This document shows positions 50,271 to 62,544 of a DNA stretch of 64,000 nucleotides, piece by piece. The stretch comes from Octopus vulgaris (taxonomy: Eukaryota). The position numbers were made by a program, and so were the translations under genes. Location: NCBI GenBank assembly GCA_951406725.2, contig OX597827.1, positions 3,348,001 to 3,412,000 on the forward strand, in the 5' to 3' direction. The notes beneath the pieces are model-generated. The model did not search any database. It saw only the letters and a program-made list of their open reading frames with translations, and was not told the DNA's origin. Every line of letters begins with the position of its first letter. The stretch's first letter is position 1.

Positions 50271-50665
50271 TCTTTATATAAGAGTGAAGTTGTGTGTCTG
50301 TCTCCTACGATTTAGATTCCTAACTACTCCCACATTTTGCAGTGCAGTTTAACCAAAAGCGGGTATCTTATAGTCGTGATTCATATCGAGCCCTTCTGGG
50401 TATTAGTGCGCGTCTACGATGAGTCTATGATTTTAAAAAAATTTACCATCATATTTTTCCATTTTAATGCATTTTTTTCGCTTTTATATAAGGGAAGTAA
50501 CTCTCTAAAAATATCTACGATGTGTCAACGATTTAAAAAAAATTTACCTTAATTTTTTTTCCAATTTTTAATGCATTTTTTTGCTATTTTTTGGCTATAA
50601 CTCTCTAAAAATGCTTATATAGTTATTTCCCTTACAACCCGAGCAACGCCGGGCGATACTGCTAG
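50271..50665 (+). mobile_element. Non-autonomous Helitron, complete
   Basis: A|TCTTTATATAAGAGTG...CCCGagcaacgcCGGG cgatactgCTAG|T. Confidence 0.9.
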
Positions 50666-51557
50666 TCATTTATAAAATTATTCTCGTGATACTTTGTGCC
50701 ATACTGCAAAGTGCATGAACATCATTTCATTCTGATGATAAGGCTGCAAAAGCTCTTGAAATGGTAATAAACTAATAATGAAATATGAAGAACTCTTAAT
50801 AAAAAAGAATTAAACTCTAACACAGTCGTGTCTTTAATATAACATTTGAAAGAGCTGTTCCCTACTAATACAAATGAACACTCACATATATACACATATG
50901 TATGTATGTATGTACACACACGCACATATATATACAAACATATAGATACATTCATCATTTATAGATATGTACAAATACAAATATACTTATAATACATATA
51001 CATACACATATATACTTGTACATATGCATATAGATAAATGTACTTACAGATAAATATATAAATATATACACATGTATTCACATACATACATACACGCACG
51101 TACATACATATATACACATGCACATAAAGCACACACATATATATATAGATACACACACACACGTGCACATATATATATATATATACAAGCACATACAGAC
51201 ACATAAACATAGACACACAAACATATATATACACATACATAAATACACACATACACACACACACATCCATATATATTATATAAGCTGAATTTGAATCATT
51301 CTATTATCTATTTTTCCAATTAATGTAAATGTCTGAAGAGAGCCAGAACTGAGGACTTAATATAGCAACAATAAATGCTATTCCTGGAAAAACTTCAAGT
51401 GGCTATGGAATGAGTTAATTATGTATTAAATGTTTCCATATAAGGAGTCGATAACTATAGATACAAAATTGGGGTTGGCAGGCAATGTGATGAGGAAGCT
51501 CCTGAAGAGCCAATTAAAAAAAACTTACTTTCTTTTTTATTTATATACATACATACA

Positions 51558-51593
<36 letters not shown>

Positions 51594-51599
51594 TATATG

Positions 51600-51671
<72 letters not shown>

Positions 51672-51989
51672 TATATATTCTGATAAGTAAGTTATTTTTC
51701 GTCTACTTTCAGTAGGTGCTAAGCTCCTACCAAGTTTGTAAGTAAGTATAAAAATTGGTTTTGGTTTCCAGTTGAACCCATTTCCTTTGCACAACTAAGT
51801 ACCTACAAAGTGATGACAGTAGTATATCTATTCTCCCCTAAAACCATTTGATTTGCATCTATCATTTCCTACCAGTGCTTGAGATCCTTTTTCCTTTTTT
51901 TTTTTTTGCTTTTTTTTCTTATAAGTTGAGCTGAAAAGACCAAATCTTAGACAGCAATGAATTGTAGACTTTATCTGCAATTTAGTTTA

Positions 51990-52295
51990 TTATCACCATC
52001 ACCATCACACTATAACCACCACAACCACCATCACCACCACAACCACTGTCACCACCACAACCACCATTACCACAATCACCACCAGAACCACTATCACTGC
52101 CAGGACCACCAAAACCATCACTACCACAACCACTATCACCGCCAGGACCACCAAAACCATCACTACCACAATCACTATCACCACCACGACCACCACCACC
52201 ACCATCACCACCACATCCATCATTACCCATCATCACCATCACAACCACTGTCACTGCCATCACCACCACAAACACCAACAGACACTATCACCACC
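51990..52295. repeat. (CAC)/(CAT) trinucleotide tract with an internal ~42-bp duplication
   Basis: gccaggaccaccaaaaccatcactaccacaa occurs twice; the poly-H, poly-G and poly-V ORFs are artefacts. Confidence 0.9.
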
Positions 52296-52392
52296 AGACA
52301 ATTGGATGCCTTTAGCAAAGTCCATTCTGTAGCAGGCTAGGTCTTTGGTTTGAGGATAAGTGTTTCCTTTCCTTTTCTTCCCTATTAGTCTT

Positions 52393-52478
52393 GGAGAAAT
52401 GAAGGTGAATGGCCTAGTGGTTAGGGTATTGCACTCACAGTCACAAGATTGTGGCTTCAATTCCCAGACAGAGCGCCC
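52393..52478 (+). mobile_element. tRNA-like SINE head (family S3 relative)
   Basis: aatggcctagtggttaggg...ggcttcaattcccagac. Confidence 0.7.
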
Positions 52479-53175
52479 TTGAAGAATTTTTCATCGACTG
52501 AAACAAACCTAGTACTTATTTTTGTCAAGCATGATACTTATTCTCTCAATCTCTTGTGCTGATCAGTGACGTTACAAACATATAAATACACGAACACCAG
52601 TTGTCAAGCAATGATGAGGGACAAACACACACACATGGTGATAATGATATCTATATTTGTATATATATATATGCCAGCGCCGCCTCGACTGGCTTCCGTG
52701 TCGGTGGCACGTAAAAAGCACCATCCGAATCGTAGCCGAAGCCAGTGCCGCCTTGACTGGCTTCCATAAAATGCACCAATCCGACTGTGGCCGATGCCAG
52801 CCTCGCCTGGCACCAGTGCAGGTGGCACGTAAAAAGCACCCACTACACTCACGGAGTGGTTGGCGTTAGGAAGGGCATCCAGCTGTAGAAACTTTGCCAG
52901 ATAAGACCGGAGCCTGGTGCAGCCTTCTGGCTTTCCAGATCCCCAGTCGAACCGTCCAACCCATGCTAGCATGGAGAACGGACATTAAATGATGATGATG
53001 ATATACATGATGAGCTTCTTTCAGTTTCTGTCAACAAATTCACTCTCACACACATGGTTTTGGTCAGCCCAAGGCTGTAGTAGGAGATACTTGCCTAAGA
53101 TGCCATGCAGTGGGACTGAACTCAGAACCATGTGGCTGAGAAGCAAGCTTCTTACCACACAATCACATCTGCACC
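52475..53175 (-). mobile_element. SINE A split at its hinge by an RTE tail (+, 52672-53003)
   Basis: SINE A tail part 52475-52630 and head 53012-53175 flank an opposite-strand RTE UTR ending gacattaaatgatgatgatga. Confidence 0.8.
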
Positions 53176-53621
53176 TATTACTTAACCAATCAATTAGTTA
53201 ACTGATGAAACGGTTAACCAATTGACAAATAATAATAACAGAACCAACGCAAGGGTTTGTCATTGGCACAATGACCCACCCAAGATACAACTGAAATTAC
53301 TACTTTATCTGGAACAGTTTATATTATTATTCATTCCCTCATAGTTGCTGTTTAGCCCTAGGCCTGTTCTCTCTGAATAGACTTATAACTAATCAAAGGT
53401 CCTTATAATATATATTTTTCAATTATTAAATCTATAACACCATTACCTGACAATTGCTTTCCCATTCTTTTCAAATCATAAGATGTGATTTAAGGAAGAT
53501 TTGGTTATTTCAAACACATGGAACTACCCCCTTCAATCCACTAAACAGTCTATCCAGATCTTTCCTTCAGTCCAACACCTTTGATGGATATTTTATCAAC
53601 CCTGGAAGAATGAGAGGCAAA

Positions 53622-54640
53622 GAGGAAGTTTCTCAGAAATGTTTTCTGACAGCATTCCTGTTAACAGCTTCCACACTAATAGTAAGCAAGTGATTGGTCT
53701 GTCATTACTAGCTATTTTGCCCTTGTCTTTCTTAAGGAATACTGTTCTTCTAATCATCCAATTAGTTAAGACTCTTCCATTCAGGAAATCCTGAAGTTGT
53801 TCCCTCAGTCTCCTATATAAGCTATTAAATTTTCTTAACCAGCACCTTTGAACTAAATCAGGTCCTGGGTCTCACCAATTTGGCATTCTTCCTAACATGA
53901 TACTCATTAATGCACTAATTAGCTTTAGATCTGGCTGCTTCTCATTAACTACTTCTTCCTTCCCTTTCTTTAACCATGCTGCATCATCATTTATCAATCC
54001 AGACCTTTCTAGCTTCTTCTGCATAAGGCTTCTCATCTTCAGTAGTTTCTTCTAGACTATCTATTTGGGAATGAAATCTCCTTAGGTGGATTTCAAACGA
54101 TCTGTTCCATTGACACTGATTAATTCCTTTCTAATATCTGGAAAGCTTATCTGCTATTGATATGATACATTGTTTCACCTCTTCCATGATTGTCCCAAAT
54201 CGTTTTTCTTTTCTTCTCAAGAGAAGATTTAAATCTTGAGTTTCCTAAATTGTCCAGTTTCTATTCAACTGAGATCTTGTCCTGCTCCTATTCAACTGAG
54301 ATCTTGTCTTAAAGTCTTCACTTTATTTTTCCATCTCCTTTTCCACATCTGCTCCTTCCTAATCTTTCCTATAGGAATACCTAGTCTGCTAGTAACTACA
54401 AGCCCTCCTGCATAAAATCAATACGTTTTTGTCACCTATATTTTTAGTATCTATCCTAGTGATAACAGAATCTACTTTCTTAGCAATTTCCTTCTATTAA
54501 CACCTTTTAATGCAGGTAATCTTTTTCTTTCTTCTTTACTCGTTACTTCCTTCAAACTCATCTAAAATCTTGTCTCCCTCACTGAAGTTGCTAGCGTCAG
54601 GTTTTCCTTCCTGATCAGAAATGCTATTTTTTTTTTTTTT
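53622..54640 (-). mobile_element. R4/Dong-like (RLE-group) non-LTR retrotransposon fragment: pre-RT region and RT start; not in the ORF track
   Basis: Minus-strand pieces RLPALKGV...YAGGLVVTSRLG...WKRR...LRQDLS...AAWLKK...RMPNW*DPGPDLVQRCWLRKFNSL...NWMIRRTVFLKKDKGKIASNDRPITCLLLVWKLLTG. Confidence 0.8.
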
Positions 54641-54729
54641 TTGCAGGCTCTTCATTGGCTTGAACTGTATCAATTATGTATCTTGCAGAAAGGATTATTA
54701 TCATTATCATTATTATCATTATTATTATT

Positions 54730-54913
54730 AAAGCAGCAAGCTAGTGGGATTGTTACTACACCAGACGAAATGCATAGCAGCATTTCTTCTAAGGCAGTGA
54801 GCTGGTAGAATTGTTAGCAAGGTTGGACAAAATGCTTAGCAAATGTCTTCTGGCTCTTTACATTCTGAGTTCAAATACTGCTGAGACCAACTTTGCCTTC
54901 CATCCTTTTGGTG
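54730..54913 (+). mobile_element. SINE family B with a duplicated head, truncated by a SINE A
   Basis: Two successive heads (aaagcagcaagctag..., aaggcagtgagctgg...) then ttgccttccatccttttggtgtc. Confidence 0.75.
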
Positions 54914-54914
54914 T

Positions 54915-55072
54915 CAGAGTGACTGCGTGGTAAGTAGCTTGCTTACCAACCACATAGTTCCGGGTTCAGTCCCATTGTGTGGCACCTTGGGCAAGTGTCT
55001 TCTACTATAGCTTTGGACCAACCAAAGCCTTGTGAGTGGATTTGGTAGAGGGAAACTGAAAGAAGTCCGTTG

Positions 55073-55107
<35 letters not shown>

Positions 55108-55320
55108 ATGTTTGTGTGTCTATGTTTGTCCCCCCCACACCATCACTTGACAACCGATGTTGGTGTGTTTACATCCCTGAAACTTAGAGGCTCAGCAAAA
55201 GAGACTGATAGAATAAGTACTAGGCTTACAAAAGAATAAGCCCTGGGGTTGATCTGTTCAACTAAAGGTGCTGCTCCAGCATGGCCTCAGTCTAATGACT
55301 GAAACAAATAAAAGAATAAA
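54915..55320 (+). mobile_element. SINE family A
   Basis: Full-length forward copy. Confidence 0.9.
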
Positions 55321-55914
55321 AATATACTAATCTAGTACAGGAGTCAATATAATCAACTACACCCTTCCTAATTACCGGTACTATGTCAGATTTTTAAGCA
55401 ATTTTTTTTTCATCATTAATGATTTCTTACAGATTTTTTAGGGTAATCAGAGTACATTGATCTAACTAACTTCAGTGCTTGGTTGGTTCTTGTATCATAA
55501 AACCCAGAAAAAGGAAAAGCCCCAAACCAACCATCTTGGGAAATATGAACTTAGTGTGAGTAAATAAGGGGATGCAGCTAAGTAACTAAATACTATGTCA
55601 CAAAGCAATTCAATGTAAGATTTCTGCCATTCTTGAAGGGGAGGAAGAGGATATCAAAACAAAATATAAACAATGACAACAACAATAGCAACAAAAAAAT
55701 ACTGTCTTCCAATTGTCAGCTTTCATTTCAGAGAATTAAAAAAAAAAAAAAAACTGAGAGAGATGGAAGAGAGAACTCAACCTAAAGTCAACAGTGAAAT
55801 GATCCCCTACCCCACGTTCTGTACAGCAAAGAATCTAATCCAAAGAGTTATGTCCATAGTTACACCAGGAATATTTCCAGTATTTCTCACTTCCACACTC
55901 ACACACACATCTTG

Positions 55915-55916
<2 letters not shown>

Positions 55917-55957
<41 letters not shown>

Positions 55958-56216
55958 CATATATACATATATATATATGTATACATTTATATATACATGA
56001 ATATATGTATATATATATATGTATACATTTATATATACATAAATATATGTATATATATATATGTATACATTTATATATACATAAATATATATATATGTAT
56101 ACATTTATATATACATAAATATATATATATATATACATTTATATATACATAAATATATATATATATATACATTTATATATACATAAATATATATATATAT
56201 ATACATTTATATATAC

Positions 56217-56252
<36 letters not shown>
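55917..56252. repeat. AT-rich minisatellite, unit atacatttatatatacataaat(at)n, about 7 copies
   Basis: Read directly from the sequence. Confidence 0.9.
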
Positions 56253-56255
<3 letters not shown>

Positions 56256-56589
56256 TACATACATATATATACATACACCCCACCACCACCACTATAGCAT
56301 TCTTATATTTTGCTTCTTCCTTCATCTCTTCCTCTTTCAACTTCTTCATACTCTTCTTCTTTCGATTTCAGCATCTTCACATTCTTCTTTTTCTTCTTCT
56401 ACATCACTTACCTCCTTCTCTTCTTTTCCTTCTTATTCTTTCTATTTCTCTGGGGTTTTTTTTCTCATTTTTCTTCTTTTCTTCTCATTCTTGTTTTTTT
56501 CCTTCTTGTCTTATTCAGTTCCCACACACATTCACTAAGAGCTATGTTTTATAATCATTTCCAGCCTGGTTCACTCTCTTCACCAGAGG

Positions 56590-56631
<42 letters not shown>

Positions 56632-56839
56632 ATAAACTCCATAGTTTCTCTTATCCTTCTCAAATCCCACTCAGATTTATTTACACAGCAATCAATACAT
56701 GACATTTATATTTGAAACGAGTGATGGCGATGGCGGCAGTGATGGTGATGCTGATGGTGGTGATCAGGAGAGAGGCAGGGAAACAGTGATTGTTAAAAAT
56801 AAAGGTAAAAGAAACACACATATATATATATATATATAA

Positions 56840-56885
<46 letters not shown>

Positions 56886-57362
56886 CAAAAACAAAAACTG
56901 AGAAACAAAATGGTGAGAGGCAAAAAAATATTCAGAATTCTGGAGTCAGTGTGGGTAGTCTCAGATTTAGAATAGGGGGTGGGAAATAAAAAGGGAAAAA
57001 AAGAAAAAGGAGAGAGGATTATTAGCACAGATTCTCAAATGATACAGTAGGCGTAGGAACGATGCAATGATTTATTAGAAAAAGCTATCCTTCAAACTAC
57101 TTTAAAAAAAAAATGTAGCAACAAAACAAGGGAGGTAATCGCTCTTAGCTTTTTTTTTTACCCCTTTTTTTCTTCCAATTTCCTTCACTTTTTTCTTTTT
57201 CTTTTCCATTTCTTCCTTTATATTTTTAATTTTTTTTCTTTCTTTTAGGTAATCCCCCTATCCCTACCCTTTGCCTAAACTCACCCTACTGCAATTTTGC
57301 TACGGTTCCATCACTTTGTTGGAAAATTGATTTCTAGCAGAGCAAGAGGAAAGCACTGAAAT

Positions 57363-57399
<37 letters not shown>

Positions 57400-58405
57400 C
57401 ACACATATATATACACATATATTTACCAGTCTAAAGTATCCAAATATGTAGTTATCTACAATGGGTAAGAAATGGCAGTAAGTTGTAAATCACATGTATG
57501 ATGTATGTGTGATTATGTTCATATATACACACATACACTTATATACATACACACTCACTCACACATGTGTGTATGTGTATGTATGTGTGCGTGTATACAC
57601 CCAAAAACATATACATTTTATAATAAACGCAAATATACACATATATAAATATATGTATATATACACACATATTTATGCAGATAGATATACTAGGCACAAA
57701 ACATGTATTTTATAATAAACACATACAAACATATATGTATACACACTTTTATATAGATAGATATATTAGACACACAAATACATATTTTATAATATAAACA
57801 ATATACACACCAACATATATGCATAGATACACATACATGAATATATGCCCAAACACACAGGCGATATCATGTGTGCACTCATAAATAAGTGTGTGTGATA
57901 GAAAAAAAATGTACAATTCCAATAAGAAACTAGAAGAAACAAAGGAGAGGGAAAAAAATTTCCTTTTCCTTCCTGACTCAAAATCAAGAACATCTGAGAA
58001 TTCCTCTAAATATATATGTGAAGCTTTGCGAAGCAAATCAGGTTTGAATTTCTGTGATTAAGTTACAAAAGCTAATCTAATATTATAAAAGCAAGTAAGA
58101 TGGCAAGAGTAAGCTATGTGTTTCAGGCACTTGACTCACAGCTCATTGGCGATATGTTCAAATCAGGCTCTGTACATTGCAGAATGGGATACACCAGAGT
58201 TAATAGCACTTATATTGAACATAACTTAGCTGATGGAGAAATGTTGTTAACGGACAGACAGACGCAGTTGGACTGGCTGGCAAATGGATGGACGAATGGT
58301 TTTTGACAGATACTCAGATAGATTGATAGATAGATAGCGAGTTATTCATTCAGACAGATTGATCAATAGATGGAGAGACAGACATACTCAGAGAGACTCA
58401 TAGAC

Positions 58406-58472
<67 letters not shown>

Positions 58473-59654
58473 CATACATAAATACATAGATAGATAGATA
58501 GAAATTATAGATAGTTAGATGGATAGATAGATAGAGAGAGAGCAAGAGAGAGTGAGAGAGAGAGATTGGCAGATCGATTGATATCTACCTAGCTATCTAG
58601 CTACATAAGTAGGTAGACAGACAGACAGGTAGATATCTATCTATATATTTACATATGCACACACAATCAGAGATGCACACAATTTTTTCTCTCTGCAGCA
58701 ACTAACATTAAGTATTCTAAAAAGCTACATCTATGAGCTACTGGTGTGATTAGCTTCTTCTCTCTCTCTCTCACACACATACACACACAGTTCTTGGTTG
58801 AAGAAAATGTTAAAGCAAAGTTATTGTATTAAAACAGCAAGAACTAAAGAAAATGATGTTCTGCATTGGACATAAAAAAATAACAACGAACAAAATTGTC
58901 TGATTGAGAATGGAAATGAGGAGAGAGAAACTAACCAAATGCTGTTGGTCTTAACTTGTCTCTCATTAAATATGGCAACAAGGCTCTTGGGTTTCTTTAG
59001 CAAGGTTCACTTTTCCTTTTGTATCTTTTTGTCAGGAGGGAAGACAGTGTACATGGCACTTTCCAATGACTCCAAGAATAGTGGGAAGAATCAATCTAGA
59101 AAATGTCATAGAAAATGTCATATGCACTGCCTTCTTCTCTGCAACAGATAAGATACCACTAAAGGTACCCAAGAACCAAATGGACCAATTCGTATTATTA
59201 AATTGCCCAAAGGAATCAGTCATCCAATAGCTAGGTAGGCATTAACAGGAGTTCAATCCTTACTGCAAGGGAACCAAGTATTTTCAATTCCATGCCTGTG
59301 CACTTAAAACACAGGAGCCAACTTGACTCATTTTTGTTAAGGGAGTACTTTTCAGAATTCATTAGGCATACAAGGCAAATTTTATTCTTACTGTTCAATA
59401 GAAAGAGGTTGTGAGAAGTGATATGCATATGTTTAGCACATTATACCACCAGCAAAGTCAGGGTTAATCCAGAATGCAAAGAGGCAAATACAACAAAGCA
59501 CACTGTCAGATATTCTTAAAGTTCTAAAACTCCAATGCTCTGAGTTGGCACATTTTTCTCAAGCAACAAAGTACTACATGATTTGTAGTTTATTATTCCT
59601 TTCATATGATTTGGAGACACTGGAAGCCATAAGAAACACAAAATGCATTCACAC

Positions 59655-60005
59655 ATGACTGTGTGGTCAAGAAGTTTGTTTCCCAACCATGTGCTTCTGG
59701 ATTCAGTCCAAGTTGGGCTAGTGCCTACTATGACCCCAGACTGATTTGGTAGATGAAGACTTAAAGAAGCTTGTCATGTGAACACACACATGTGTGTGTG
59801 CATGTGTGTGTTTCTGTCTCTGTCTCTGTGTGTGTCTCTCTCTCTTTGTCTTGACATCACATCATAGCTATAAATGAGTGTCACACAGGTTATGTCTTTT
59901 ATTCCCCTGGACATATGTCTGGTCACCAAAAACATTGACACGCTTGGAAACAGGTGAGGGTTGGTAACAAGAGATGGCTTTGATTGTAGAAAAACTGCCT
60001 CAAGA
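59655..60005 (+). mobile_element. SINE A/F variant, uninterrupted
   Basis: SINE A head gactgtgtggtcaagaag, (TG)n hinge, then cttgacatcac...ttggaaacaggtgagggttggtaacaag F tail. Confidence 0.7.
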
Positions 60006-60106
60006 AACTCAGAGAGAGAGTGTGTGTATTAGGGATAAAACATATTTAGTTGACATGGAAATAGAACTCAGAGAAACACAGGGGGTGGAGGAGTTCTATT
60101 CCCATG

Positions 60107-60141
<35 letters not shown>

Positions 60142-60148
<7 letters not shown>

Positions 60149-60302
60149 CAAAATGGGACAAGAATGCAAAACATCCGGACAGTTAGGTGATACAAAGATG
60201 GGACAACAAAACATCCAGATAGACGATACAAAGAAAACAAGGACGGGTCATTTGAAGTTTTCTTTCCTCAGTCAAGTATCAGATTATCTTTGCAATTTCG
60301 GC
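60142..60302. mobile_element. Short element abutting (TA)n, with an internal ~45-bp duplication
   Basis: atgggacaa...aaaacatcc.ga.ag...gatacaaaga occurs twice; family unassigned. Confidence 0.4.
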
Positions 60303-60304
60303 TG

Positions 60305-60680
60305 CAACCATGTGGGTTCAGGTTCTATCTCACTGTGCTGCATCTTAAGCAAGTGTCTCCTACTATAGAAGATCAACCAATTGCCTTATGAATGAATTTG
60401 GTTGATAGAAACTGTGTAGAAGACTATCATATATGTGTGTGTGTGTGTCTGTGTTTCAGTCTGTCTGTCTCTCCTTGTTTGTACCCTACCATTGCTTGGT
60501 AGCGAGTGTTAGTTTGTTTATGTCCCTATAACCTAGCAGTTCTGCAAAAGTGGTTTATGGAATTGGTATTTGAGTTTTTTTTTTTTTAAAGTAACATGAT
60601 TGATTTCTTTGCCTGAAGCCCTTAAAAGTGGTGCCCCAGCTTGGCCACAGTCCAATGACTGAAACAAGTATAAGATAAAA
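60305..60680 (+). mobile_element. SINE family A, decayed
   Basis: Core and tail gtccaatgactgaaacaagtataagataaaag. Confidence 0.8.
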
Positions 60681-61970
60681 GGTGTACTATGTCTTGGGCA
60701 GGAGGATGGATGGATGGTCATTACTGGAACACGATCAATTTGTTTGTTGTATCAGCTCTAACCTGATGAGCTAAAAAACAACAACAACCATATGTCTATC
60801 ATAACGAGACAAAAATAATTTAATAATTACTCTTCATTTATAAATAATTATAAAACCCTGCCAAAGAATTCAACAAAAGTGAAATAAAACAAAAAGAAAA
60901 ACAAACACAGAGGGAAAAGAAAAGAAAAAGAAAAAAAACTGCTGCATATTAATGAACATAATGAGTGTTAAATTAGCGCTAGTTATTAAGAGCATTCTCT
61001 TGATGAAGAAATTTTCCTGTGTAATTTCTATATAGGTTTTTAATAGTTGTTTCATTTTGGAAATAATTGACGAAAGAGACTTTTGAGAAATATATCGAAG
61101 AATATGTATAAATATCATTTAATTATAATTACATCAATTAGCTGGGATTATCAATCATTAAATTTGAACACAACCTCATTATATTGCTTGTCAGTGCTGC
61201 AGGGCTAGAGCTGCAGGGGAAGAACCATCGTTAGTAATCTAGGATTAACTATAGATAAACAGCTTCCAAGACGCCAGAATGTCTCTCACAAGCCACAAAT
61301 TATCTATGAAAGAAAGAAAGAGAGAAGGAGAGAAATGGAGGAAGAGAGAAATGGGGAAGAATGGCTTGAGAAAGAAAGGCTGAAAGAGGAAGAAACTGTG
61401 TTTGCTTGCGAAGTGAAATAAGTAGGATTAAAATACTATATTACTGAGCTCAACTATCATCGCTAATAAGCAGTGATTTCTTTGGAATATTCTACCAATC
61501 AGTCTACTTATTTATCTATCTGTCTCACTATTTCACTCACTGTCTATGTACCTACCTATCTATCTATCTATCTATCTATCCATCTATCTATCAATCTACC
61601 TATCTGTATGACTGTCTGTCTTCTCAACTTCTCTCTCTCTCTTTCTCTCTCTGTTTATCCTCCAACCAATATCTCTGGAAGTATATCAAGCTATGTATGC
61701 ATGCCTTTGGCTCACGAGTTTCTTAGTGTATGCACAATAGTTGATACAGTCATCTGACACAGACAAATACAAGAATTATACAGATTGCTGTGCAAGAGTA
61801 AAAATGCATGCAAAATATTACTTGTGTATATGCACACACATACATTTGTGTGAGTGGGTATGAGTGGGTATGTGTGTGTGTGTGCGTGTGCATGCGCATG
61901 TGTGTAGTTGGCTATGAATCTCTGTAACTCAAGTTTACTTGAAAACTGATGTTTCTTTCTATTACTTTAA

Positions 61971-62190
61971 CCCTTTGGCATTCAGATTACTTTATCAAAT
62001 GTTTTCCTTATTTATTCAAATTGTTTTGAATTAAGCATGCGTTATCTTGTAGCTTCAAGATTTTGATGATGTGATTGCATAATTACAAAATAACATTGTA
62101 GGGCAGGTGTGAGAAGTTGGATCTGGCCAGGATGAGCATGATAAAGGTAGAATATTTGAGCTAGATGTTCCTGTTTTAAATGCTAAAAGG
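61971..62190. mobile_element. piggyBac-like (TTAA) MITE
   Basis: TTAA ccctttggcatt ... aatgctaaaagg TTAA. Confidence 0.8.
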
Positions 62191-62544
62191 TTAACTTAGT
62201 GGTTCAGCCAAAGTGACCAGTGGAATACATACCAAGGGTAAGAAGAAAGTTCTGGGATCGCTTTGTCCAACATAACCTTTCAAGGTACTACCCTAGATTG
62301 GCCACTGGCCAATGGCTGAAATAACCAAAAGATAAAAGATAAAAATAAGATATATATGGACACAAATACTTATGTGGTCAATGGAGTACGGCCCAATAGT
62401 TAAGAAGTCTGCTTTGCAACTACAAGGTCCAGGGCTTGATCCCACTGCATGTTATCTAGGACAAATATATTCTATAGGTGTTGGTCAACCCATATTCGTT
62501 ATTGAAATTGGGTGCATCATTTTACTCACAAGGCATGAAAACTG

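Noticed and set aside
51680-51745. ggtagg/cctact hairpin followed by gaaa on the minus strand
   Set aside because: No CUGANGA core in the right position.
51957-52340. His-rich, Gly-rich and Val-rich ORFs
   Set aside because: (CAC)n trinucleotide repeat that is open in several frames by composition alone.
60235-60300. CTGAGGA...aaa motif on the minus strand
   Set aside because: No GAAA/UH geometry or stem I pairing.
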